From Tubulanus polymorphus (Eukaryota > Animalia > Nemertea): a stretch of DNA of 64,000 nt. The translations under genes were made by a program, and so were the position numbers. The stretch's first letter is position 1; each line of letters opens with the position of its first letter. Below, piece by piece: positions 39,866 to 50,650 of the stretch. The notes under the pieces are model-generated. The model did not search any database and was not told the DNA's origin. It saw nothing but the letters and a program-made list of their open reading frames with translations. The stretch lies in NCBI RefSeq assembly GCF_964204645.1, contig NC_134030.1, forward strand, positions 18,126,210-18,190,209, in the 5' to 3' direction.

Positions 39866-40918
39866 TGGGCGACAAAACCAAAAAAATTAATTGTTGCGGG
39901 CGATAAAACCAAAATAATCATTTGTCGCTGGCGATAAAACCAAAATATTGAATTGTCACGGGCGACAAAACCAAAAAAAATGAATTGTCGCGGGCGATAA
40001 AACTAAAATCTTGAATTGTCGCCGGCGACAAAACCAAAATATTGAATTGTCGCGGGCGACAAAACCAAACTAATGAATTGTCGTGGGCGATAAAACCAAA
40101 ATAATGAATTGTCGCTGGCGATAAAACCAAAATATTGAATTTTCGCAGGCGATAAAGCCAAAATATTGAATTGTCGCGTGGGACAAAACAAAAACATTGA
40201 ATTGTCGCGGGCGACAAAACGAAACTAATGAATTGTCTCGGGCGATAAAACCAAAATAATGAATTGTCGCGGGCGATAAAACCAAAATAATGAATTGTCG
40301 CTGGTGATAAAACCAAAATATTGAATTGTCGCAGGCGATTAAACCAAAATATTGAAGTGTCGCAGGCGATAAAACCGCGACAAAAAAAAAATTGTCGCGG
40401 GCGATAAAACCAAAATAATGAATTGTCGCGGGCGATAAAAACCAAAATAATGAATTGTCGCGGGAGATAAAACCAAAATAATGAATTGTCGCGGGCGATA
40501 AAACCAAAATAATGAATTGTCGCGGGAGATAAAACCAAAATACTGAATTGTCGCGGGCGACAAAACAAAAATAATGAATTGTCGCGGGCGATAAAACCAA
40601 AATATTGAATTGTCGCAGGCGATAAAACCGCGACAAAAAAAAAATTGTCGCGGGCGATAAAACCAAAATAATGAATTGTCGCGGGCGATAAAAACCAAAA
40701 TAATGAATTGTCGCGGGCGATAAAACCAAAATAATGAATTGTCGCGGGAGATAAAACCAAAATAATGAATTGTCGCGGGCGATAAAACCAAAATAATGAA
40801 TTGTCGCGGGAGATAAAACCAAAATACTGAATTGTCGCGGGCGATAAAACCAAAATAATGAATTGTCGCGGGCGATAAAACCAAAATAATGAATTGTCCC
40901 GGGCGACAAAACCAAAAT
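39866..40918. repeat. 31-bp satellite, short paralogous array (~34 units)
   Basis: Same consensus, followed by the same unique tail as the 14-kb array. Confidence 0.97.
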
Positions 40919-42201
40919 TATTGTTTTGTCGCGTTATTTTAGTTTTGTCGTTTTGTCATAATGTCGCCCTCATTTGCATATACGTGTTTTTTTTACGCAT
41001 GGCCTTTATCAGCCACCATACTAAAGCCTTAAGGTCGCGTAAAACTCGATAAACACTTCAAGCGACACAGCGAACGATCTCCTTTCCCCCACAGCGAACG
41101 CTTAACCTAGTAGAGGCTACTAGCCTATGTAGGCCTAACATCCGGACAGATTGGTCGTAGGCCTATTGAATAACAACCCACCTAAATATCGTAAACTTTG
41201 TTTAAAGTTCAATCCAATGAGTCCGTTAATAAACGCAACAATTATACTGTGTTTGTTTGAGACAGTAAAGCTCAGTACCGGTAGGCCTAAAGCCGCGTAA
41301 AACTCGATAAACACTTCAAGCGACACAGCGAACGATCCCTTTCCCCCACAGCGAACGCTTACTCCGAATGTCAAGTGTGAGTCCAGCATACGGAAAGGAT
41401 TGTGTTATATACTTGTATTTAGTAAATACCTTGTGCATTTGACAATGATCGGTATGTACTGTAGGAAATATAGAGTATTGATAAATGGTTGAAGCCCGCG
41501 GCTGAATAAAGTAATATATTCTTTTATTTTGATACCTCGTCGACATAACAGCTTTTCTCCGCCCTATCTCTTCGGCCTGTTTAGTTTAGGCCTACGATTC
41601 CCCGGTACACTAAAGATTTATCTTAGTAAATACACGGTTAATTCGGTAAAGAAAAATAGGTATTGTTAAACTAACTCCTTGAAACCCGCAGCAAAATCAC
41701 TTGTAGTAATAAATTAATTTGTACTCGATTTGATTCTCATGATGAGGAGAAACTCGCAGCTGATCCCCGGAACGACGATGTAGTAACACACGTCGATTCG
41801 TCGATGTTTACGGCTCGACAGTGCTTTTAAAATCTAAAGTAGTAAATTTCCAGTTTATCGGTAATATGATCTGATGAGGAAAATAGGCTATTGTTAAAAT
41901 CACTGTTTGAAGACCGCGACTGAATGTGAAGTCTGCGGCAATAAATTAGTTCATTTATACTTGAATTGATAATCGAAGTGACGGTCGGCCTGCGGGTTGA
42001 TTTCGGGATGACGACTCGAAAAAAATGTTCGATGTTTACAGCCCGACAGCGCTTTTGTAACGATGATTCGTGAAAAAACACGCGGGCTATTTGTAGATCT
42101 CAGTGAGCTGAACGATATTATATGGATTGTATATGAAACAGCGGTAACAAAGCCTATGTTCTTTTGGTAAAAAGAGTGTGGAAGAAAATAATAATAATAA
42201 T

Positions 42202-42301
42202 AATCACGCGGATATCAATAGGGTTTTCTGTGAAATAACAGAAAACCCTAACAATCACGCGGATATCAATAGGGTTTTCTGTGAAATAACAGAAAACCCT
42301 A
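42202..42301. repeat. Duplicated 51-bp terminal stem-loop unit of the HINE-like element
   Basis: AATCACGCGGATATCAATAGGGTTTTCTGTGAAATAACAGAAAACCCTA x2, each with a 13-bp stem. Confidence 0.9.
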
Positions 42302-42544
42302 ATTATCACCTAAACCGGGCCCAGGGCATTAACCCATTTGGCTGTGGGAAAAACTACATATCACAAGTCACGCGTACAATCTATCTCGTAGCTTCATACA
42401 CTCATATCGGAATGATGACGTATTAGCAGCAGCTGGCAGTTTTTAAAAGGAAAGAAATTTCCGAGGATTTCGCTTATTTCACAAAACCTTCAATGAATAA
42501 AAGAAGATATTATGAGTTGCTGAGTCAAAGTGCATGTCAACGCT

Positions 42545-42820
42545 CCGGGCAACGCTCGCGGTCAGCACACCTGGTTGCGCGATGTGTTTAGACGTCTCGA
42601 TTGGCCTCGTCTCGACTGGTGGTCAAGGTTGCGGCTAGCACTTGAGAGCAGACACCATAGTTACGCAATCATAACATTTACCTGTCCGCAATAGAGTCGA
42701 ATCGAATATACCAGCGCCACCTGGCGAATAAGTAGCCAGCTTCACATTTTGAATTGGGAACCTGGAGCCGGCTACCGGTTCCCGGTTCCCGATTCGGCTC
42801 CCGATTGAAAATGATTTTCA
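42545..42820 (-). mobile_element. Diverged partial copy of the 12015-12415 element family
   Basis: Shares ACCAGCGCCACCTGGCGAATAAGTAGCCAGCTTCACATTTTGAA and CCCGATTCGGCTCCCGATT blocks. Confidence 0.7.
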
Positions 42821-43393
42821 AATATGTTGACAATATTTCAATACACATTTCAACTTCATATCGCTGACAAAGGTAAACCAATCAACTAACCCGAATTAAG
42901 CATTTTCCATTAGAATTATCACCTAAACCGGGCCCAGGGCAGAAGAACTAGTAACATATAACAAATCATGCAGTACATCTTTCTCGTATCAGACCGATGA
43001 TGCTCACATCGCAGTATTCTCCACTATTACATTCCCCAGAATTGACGTCATCCGCGTCTCTGTAGGCAGACAAAATGAAATTAGGTCACCGGCGTCTCTG
43101 TAGTCAACGAGCAACAGCTGACGCTCACATCGCGCAAATGTTTGTTTTCATCATCGCGCGCAGTGACGTCACGCGGAAAGTCCAAACTTAATGGTAGAAA
43201 AGTCTACCTAAACTTTATCGTATCGGCACGAAATCTATTCGTTAACACAGATCAGACCATCCTCTTTCAATCCATACCACTCAACGCGTAATCGAAGCCA
43301 CACGAACGGAGATTACGCGCTACAAAGTTAATACGCTATGGCTTAGCCGCTTATAGTATAGAATATAGTTGCATAGTAACTGTGTATATTGAA

Positions 43394-43915
43394 GTCACAC
43401 GCGTGTTGTTAATTCAGACGTCTCGATTAGCCTGGTGGCCGAGGTCAGGTTGCACTCATTTCAGCAGACATAGTTACGTAATTATGTTTACCTGCTGTCC
43501 GCAATAGAGTCGAATCGAATAAGTAGCCAGCTTCACATTTTGAATCGGGAGCTGAACCAGTAGCCGGCTCCCCGTTCCCGGTTCCCGATTCGGCTCCCGA
43601 TTCAAAATGTTTTTGAATCGGGAGCTGAACCAGTAGCCGGCTCCCGGTTCCCGGTTCGGCTCCCGATTCAAAATGGTTTTGAACCGGGAACCGGGAACCA
43701 GTAGCCGGTTCCCGGTTCCCGATTCGGCTCCCGATTCAAAATGATTTTGAATCGGGAGGAAATCGTCACACGCGTGGTGTTAATTCAGACGTCTCGATTA
43801 GCCTGGTGGCCGAGGTCAAGGTTGCACTCATTTCAGCAGACATAGTTACGTAATTATGTTTACCTGCTGTCCGCAATAGAGTCGAATCGAATAAGTAGCC
43901 AGCTTCACATTTTGC
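43394..43915 (-). mobile_element. Tandem partial copies of the 12015-12415 element family
   Basis: A ~150-bp direct repeat (43394-43542 / 43765-43913) flanks GAACCGGGAGCCG-type repeats. Confidence 0.75.
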
Positions 43916-44477
43916 AATTGAGACGTCTAAACAACCATCTTATCTCTGCGCCAATGTTAGTGGTCTCACTGTTTTACCATGCAGCCGTGGTAACTTTTGG
44001 ATTAGAATTTTGTGTGCGCTCTCATTTCAAGCTATTTTCGGTTTAGGGATGAGAAAAATGTTCTTATATGTTTTCTATGGAATTTGATAGATAGGAAAAT
44101 ATTAAGTTTAATAGAATATTGAAGTGATTGTTTTTTCATCTTCGACAATGGATTTACCCTGCATGAAGGGTGATTTATACGGCGGGCAGAAAGCGTCTGT
44201 TTATTTTATATCTTACAATTTCATGGGCTTGCAGATATTGTTTTCTTGGGGATTCGATAACTTTCGTTAGAAACTTTCTCTCTTCTTAACCCTTTCAGTG
44301 CTGACTCATCAATACCCTATAGCTCGGGAACAATCGATGGTTTATTGATTAAATGATTAAAGAGGCGAATAACATATGAAGAAGTCGATTGGTGACGAGA
44401 AAAACGACCGAGCAATACGCACGTTCTTAAACCAAGTTATGTTATTAATAGACGCAGCTTACTGACGTATAGCTACA

Positions 44478-44870
44478 TACAGCTGACCGCGAGTCTCGCG
44501 GTCGCATACGCAATCGTGTTTACACGTCTGGATTGGCTCGCGCCACACCTGGCGATTTCTTGTCAAGGTCGAGGTCGAGCTTGTTTATCAGCAGAGTAGA
44601 CATAGTTACGTAAAATGTCTGGACTACGGCATAGTGTATACCAGCGCCACCTGGCGAATAAGTAGCCAGCTTCACATTTTGAATCGGGAGCTGAACCAGC
44701 AGCCGGCTCCCGGTTCCCGATTCGGCTCCTGGTTCAAAAGCATTTTGAATCGGGAGCTGAACCAGTAGCCGGCTCCCGGTTCCCGTTTCCCGATTCGGCT
44801 CCCGGTTCAAAAGCATTTTGAATCGGGAGCTGAATAAGGAACCGGGAACCGGGAGCCAGCTTCACAGGGG
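44478..44870 (-). mobile_element. Full copy of the 12015-12415 element
   Basis: Reverse complement of 12015-12415, ending CCAGCTTCACAGGGG. Confidence 0.8.
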
Positions 44871-45083
44871 TAGGAATAAATCCTGACCCGTGTTCGAATA
44901 GTTGTTGATTAAGGGAGGGCTGTTGAGTTTTGATAAAAAGTGCATCTCTAATTTTGCGATCTAGATCCGAAGATCCTTTATCTAACACTTTGAAATTCTT
45001 TTTACTAAACGATACCTGACAGTCACGGCAATTTGACAGATGTTGGCCAATTGCTGAAGTCTTTAGTTTATGCTCCTTATACT
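44871..45083 (-). pseudogene. Penelope-like element GIY-YIG endonuclease, C-terminal half
   Basis: KEHKLKTSAIGQHLSNCRDC...NFKVLDKG...RKIRDALFIKTQQPSLNQQ. Confidence 0.85.
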
Positions 45084-45129
45084 CTCATTCAAGCACTGAC
45101 TGACACTGGTAGTACTAATTTCATTTCAC

Positions 45130-45686
45130 GCGTCTAGAAAAGCTTCCAATACTGGACTACTTTTGAACTTTAATGCAATGTGTCCGTACAGATGGAAAAT
45201 TGGTCTTATAAACACGATGCTTTTTCGTGCATACAATATATGCAGCAATTGGAACATTCTTTCAGAAGAATTGGATTTGCTAAAAAAATTATTCATTAAA
45301 CTTATTGGTTATCCTAGCCATGTTTTTGATCACTGTTTTAAAAGATTTCTCGACTCCAAATTCGTTACCCAGCCTAAAACCGTTGATAGGAGTTAAGTTT
45401 CTCTTTTCATTTCCATACCGTTTGTGGGTTTCCCGTCTATGCTATATGCTCAAAAAGTATAAAGAAACTGTTTAAATCGAATTTCGAAATAGACCTTCAA
45501 TGCTCGCTCGTAACCACTAAGATTAAGAATTTCTTTTCACTTAAATGTCCGATTCCTAAATCCTTGAAAGCTATGGTTGTCTACAAATACACTTGTTTAT
45601 GTGATATAAACACTGCCTATATAGGTAAAACCAAAAGACACCTAGTAACAAGAGTTAAGGAGCACAAACTTAAGACTTCAGCCATT
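45130..45686 (+). pseudogene. Penelope-like element RT thumb plus N-terminal half of GIY-YIG endonuclease
   Basis: TGLLLNFNAMCPYRWKIGLINTMLFRAYNICS...GYP followed by VVYKYTCLCDINTAYIGKTKRHLVTRVKEH; frameshifted. Confidence 0.88.
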
Positions 45687-46728
45687 TCTTTATTCGAAAA
45701 TCGTACGCATTTCTGTTATTTAATTCGAAAATCAAAAGAATTATTTTTGAATCGAAAAGATGGCTCCAGGACGGCAGTGTTTCATGCTTCGAAATGTATT
45801 CATGAAAAACATTTTTTGACGAGATATATCTCGTCGGTAAATGGGTAAAAATCATTTTACTTACTAAATAGATTTTCTGACGAGTCAAATCTCATCAAAA
45901 AATACCTGAATCTTTTTTCTTAATTCATAAATCAGAAAAAACTTTTTTTCTCATGTCTTCAGTACAGTACAGCATGAACAAATTTCTAAACAAAGAAATA
46001 TTAATTGTAAATAAGGCATAGTTAGGATCCAGGAATAGAGGGGCATGTCGAGAAAGGGTTAGACAGATTTCTGAGAGGAAACGTTGCTAGAAAAGTATGT
46101 TGGGATTATTCCAGGCCCGGGAGGAAGGACATATTGCTTGAATGTTAATCGGAAAGGTTAATTGGGATTTTGTTAGGCTGACATTTAAGGAGCCTATTGA
46201 AAATTTAGGAAGGGGTATACCAGCCCGGCAAAGTAATTCTTATAGCCGTATATATTTGTTAACTGTGCTGAAATTGGAGCACTTTGTTTATAAGAAATTT
46301 GGTGCAGGAAGAAATATTTTCAAATCAAATGATGTGGTTAGACATTCATGTATTTGAATTCAGAGTAGTCTATAGAGAGTGTTTGAAAGTCGTTACATGT
46401 TTGTTCACTTGCGTCAGACTGCTCCAACGTTCCATTAGTATTTCTAGTCAACTATCAGTTGCGTTAATTATCTATAATTCGGTATCGAATGTCACTGACT
46501 GGTCGGAACTTTCACACATGGAATTTTCGAGCGACAAAAAACGAAGAGGGCGGTTCAGAATTTGAGGGTCTGTGCGGGAAAAAACTTTTCCGACCAAAAA
46601 GTCGATTAAAATTTGACCTGCTTGAATCAACTAGTTGATTTAAGAACCTATAATTATTTTTCAGTTAGCGCTAAAATAAACGCTGTTCTTAGAACGTGCC
46701 AAATCCCAAACTGATTTCTCTTTTACAG

Positions 46729-49416
46729 ATGTCGATAAAATTCAGAAATGTCTGAAAGAAACGTATCTACAAATGATCGATGTTGAATATTACAAAGAGG
46801 TTTCGTGGAGGGAAGAAGTCACCAATTTCAACGATTTCTTCACCCAAGAACATGCGAAAATTCGACTCCGATAACAGAGAAATGAAAAAAGTGAGGAACA
46901 ATTATTGATTTAACCCGATGATTTCGAGAAGCTTTTCACTTATGACGAGCAGGGTGTGAAACCCGTGTGCCTCGTAGGTGAACCCGGTATGGGTAAAACT
47001 ACACAGATTGTCAATCAAGTGTTGTCATGGGAGCGATCACCGTTTCTAAAGAAGTTCCGTATGTTATTCTATATACCGTTAAATTAACTGCCCGCTGAAA
47101 ACGCGTGTATTTATACGTACATTTACGAACATCTTTTGAATCGAGAAATCAGAAAGGTTCTGCCGATTGATAGTTTTAAAGAATTCTTACGGGAAAATGC
47201 AGAAAATTCGATATTTTGCTAGACGGCTTCGACGAGTTGAAAAGCGATAAAGCGAAGAATGACATCGTACACGTGACCAATGAATTACCGAAAGCGTATA
47301 TCGTCATAACGACACGTGAGTTCGGGGGCAGCATGATCGTCACTGATCCAAAATTCACCGTTGTATCGATATCCGGCTTCAAACAGGAAGAAGTCATCGA
47401 TATTATGAAGAGAAAATTCCCCGAGCGCGATGCAGAAGAGCTATTCAACAAGCTTGCAGCCACAGCGCCACCTTTATTTAACAGAATCTACTACAACCCG
47501 CTGATACTACTTATGTTTTGTTTTCTGTATATGGACGAGGAAGAAATTACGATACCATCAAAACTCACCGATATCTACATCGATTTGACATGTTTTCTGA
47601 TCAGTAAACGCGAGGGCCTCGAGTTGTCGAAGGAATGTTTTTTCCGTAATATCGGAAATTCGGAAGCGCTTAATGAAATTTGTCAAGTCGCGTATGAGAC
47701 GCTCATCGCGCATCAAAACAGCTTCAGCAAAAATCATCTCAAACTCAACGAATCGAAGCGGACGGCTTTGACGTGCAAAGAGGTGTCGCCAAGACGGAAA
47801 TCAGACCGCTCCGTCCAGCTACGATTCATACACAAATCTTTGCACGAATTTATGGCGGCGGTACACTCGGTCGTGAAATTCAACAACAGTCGTGAAATAC
47901 CCTGGAATAAATGCGCGTTTGATCAACTACCGCGCGAACTTGTGAAATATGGTGAATTATACCCGAGATTCATGGCAGGGCTGCTGCATCGTTACAAGCA
48001 TAACCACGGCCTCGGTGAACTTTTCAAGACTTTGATAGATGAACATTTAAAAGCAATCACAATAGTGGATAAGTACAATTCCTTGGATTTCATTACGAGT
48101 GAAGAGGTGATGCTCATTCCCGATTACGAACGCTACATCGAACTCCGATCTGAAAGAACTGATTTATCTGATCAGTGGTCAATCTACCTGGATGAAGCCG
48201 ACTGGCCGGACGACGCCATTAGTGAAATAGTTCCCTACATGCAGAAAATGTTGTTCGTATCTGAATTTAGCAGATCGCAGATAAACATGCTCGCAAAAAT
48301 ACTCGAACACAAACAATGTCAGATCGAGTTAGTTTACATAAAGTATACTGACACACTGAGCCCGGACAAATACCGCGTATTAGAAACAGCCATAGCGAGT
48401 AACACTAGTCTTCACGGTATGATAAAAGATACACACTGGTCATCAATACGTGATCAGTACTCGAGTATGTGTAAGAAGAGCAACAGTATAAACTGGTTTG
48501 TGCGGCTACATGAAATCCGCGAGACTGGTGAATGTTACAAGAAACTCGATAATGAATGGATTAAGACAAGTCACGTGATTGAATCTGATGATGACACGCA
48601 GTTGATCAGTGGTACTAACACACACAATACACTGGAGATTCTGATTATTGATACTGAGGTTAGTGCGAAACTTTTTGACAACATTCAGAAATCCTATCCA
48701 TTCCTGAAGCATCTGTATCTCCGCGTACCTCCCAGTAAAGGTGAAAATATAAACAGAGAGCTGACAAACTTGATCCCGGGCTTGAAAAGCTTAGAACTCT
48801 ACGGAACATTCAATGAAAATTTGACAAGGGAAGAATTGATGGACTTTAATAGCGCCATAAAACGTTCAGGTATCGAAACAATTCGGCTCAAACAGTGCGG
48901 AATGCGCGAACTAACGACAGATCAACGTGGAGCAATCAGTGATAGCGTCGGTTCAATGCCGAAACTAAAACGTCTGTTCATTGGCGGATTTTATTTACAA
49001 ATAAACCGCATTCTAGATCACCTGCCGCGGCTGACTGTATTATCGATACGGTTGTGGTCAGATGATGGTGACGCACTTGTTGGGTATCTATCATCAGATG
49101 CGGTAAATCAGCTGCGAGTAGTCTGTATTGATAGCTATCTCTATAGACAGGAACAGAACAATCGCATCTTACAACAATTTAAAAACGTCTCATCAATTCG
49201 TTATTTAAAGTTTCACAGTTCAGTCGCGCCGATTAATACACAGCACGATATCGATTTATTCGTCAAATTAATCGTCGAATAATCAATAATCTTCCGCATC
49301 TTTCTGACCTGTATATCGGCTGCTACAGCACCGACCGCGATACGACGAGAGATTACATCATATCAGAACTTAAAAAACTCAATAAAAGAGTGAGAGTAGG
49401 AATACACATCATGTGA
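46729..49416 (+). pseudogene. NACHT-LRR (NLR-like) immune receptor pseudogene, large terminal exon
   Basis: Acceptor TTTTACAG at 46721-46728. Walker A GEPGMGKTT (46977-47003), Walker B LLDGFDE, IVITTR, NPLILL, FIHKSLHEFMAA and C-terminal LxxLxL repeats. In-frame TAA at 46872, 46911 and 47085; frameshifts near 47210 and 49275. Confidence 0.88.
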
Positions 49417-49559
49417 ACCATCTAGAGATTCATCAGATTCATCGGGATATATCGGTATCCATTCATCAATAAGTAGATTCATCGATTTATAAGATTCAAA
49501 CGACTAACGCGCATTTTGTATACAACGTCGCTTCTCTAGAGACAGAACTGAAACTGAAC

Positions 49560-49800
49560 TGATATTCGGAGGAATATTGTTTCCGCAATATCGAAAGTTT
49601 GGAAGCGCTTAAAGAAATTTGTAACGTCGCGTATGAGACGCTCATCCAAGACTCATGGCAGTATAATCGCGGCCTCGGTGAACTTTTCAAGACTTTAATA
49701 GATAAACATTCAAAAGCAGTCACTATTGATGAGGAAGGTTTCGATGATTAACGATAATAAAACTTTCCAGATGGCGGCCCTTTCCGATTACGAACGCTAA
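49560..49800 (+). pseudogene. Deleted patchwork remnant of a paralogous NACHT exon
   Basis: Blocks match 47630-47706, 47964-47978, 48000-48062 and 48118-48134 in order. Confidence 0.8.
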
Positions 49801-50259
49801 ACGTTACAATAAACCTCACCTCGGACTTTGGGGTAATAATTTCAAATGATTTCTCCAAGCTCGGACTTTTGAGTAACTGGACCAAAAACATGGATCACTT
49901 CTCTGAATTTCTATAACCAAATTTTTCCCTTCTTAACTCGCACTCGCTCACGTCGAGCCAATGTCTAATTGTTGGAGTTAGATGAGGTATATTAAGTTTA
50001 ATGAAGATGATATTTTAGCTTAGCGGTTCTTTGTGACACTTTCGAGAAAAACAAAACTCTCTGTAATAATAATGTATATATAATTATTTGATAACCTCAG
50101 AGATGTTGACAAATACAATTTATTTGATATTTTCCTATATAATTAAGAATTATGATAACTTGGAAAAATTGGAAATATTCTGAAATAATTCGTATCTTAT
50201 ATTAGAGTTTGTATGTATTTTATATATCTCGGTGATGGTTTGATGTCATATCATTCCCC

Positions 50260-50650
50260 CTCGCAACCCTCCCTCCATCCCTACCAACCCTCTCTCCACC
50301 CCAACCACACCTCCCACCCCTACCAACCCTCTCTCAACCCCTACCACACCTCCCACAGCTCCCACCCCTACCAACCCTCTCTCCACCCCTACAACACCTC
50401 CCACAGCTCCCACCCCTCTCTTCACCCCTACCACAGCTCCCACCCCTACCAACCCTCTCTCAACCCCTACCACACCTCCCACCCCTACCAACCCTCTCTC
50501 AACCCCTTCCACACATCCCACCCCTACCAACCCTCTCTCAACCCCTACCACACCTCCCACCCCTACCAACCCTCTCTCAACCCCTACCACACCTCCCACC
50601 CCTACCAACCCTCTCTCCACCTCTACCACACCTCCCGAACTCCTACCACC
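50260..50650. repeat. C-rich ~39-bp minisatellite
   Basis: Unit CCCCTACCAACCCTCTCTCAACCCCTACCACACCTCCCA, about 9-10 copies with variants. Confidence 0.93.

Larger units (their letters stand above)
21187..42301 (-). mobile_element. Head-to-tail dimer of a Helentron-associated non-autonomous (HINE/DINE-1-like) composite element; units 21187-38042 and 38043-42301
   Basis: Both units start ATATAGCTGCAAAGCAGCGATAACGGGTTTTCTG (hairpin GCTGC/GCAGC plus subTIR). The far end has (AAT)n and a TAGGGTTTTCTGT...ACAGAAAACCCTA stem-loop. 21187-21560 matches 38043-38420 and 36995-38040 matches 40918-42200. An empty-site paralog lies at 42880-42941. Confidence 0.7.

Noticed and set aside
21588-40915. Dozens of long minus-strand ORFs (VLSPATIHYFGF... 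up to 543 aa)
   Set aside because: They are translations of the 31-bp satellite, whose consensus lacks stop codons on that strand. They overlap in all frames and have no ATG starts.
45990-46560. Possible minus-strand retroelement 5' fragment
   Set aside because: No diagnostic motif could be read.
47216-49282. 688-aa ORF as an intact gene
   Set aside because: It starts mid-NACHT at Walker B on a TTG. Walker A is upstream in another frame with stops, so the locus is called a pseudogene.
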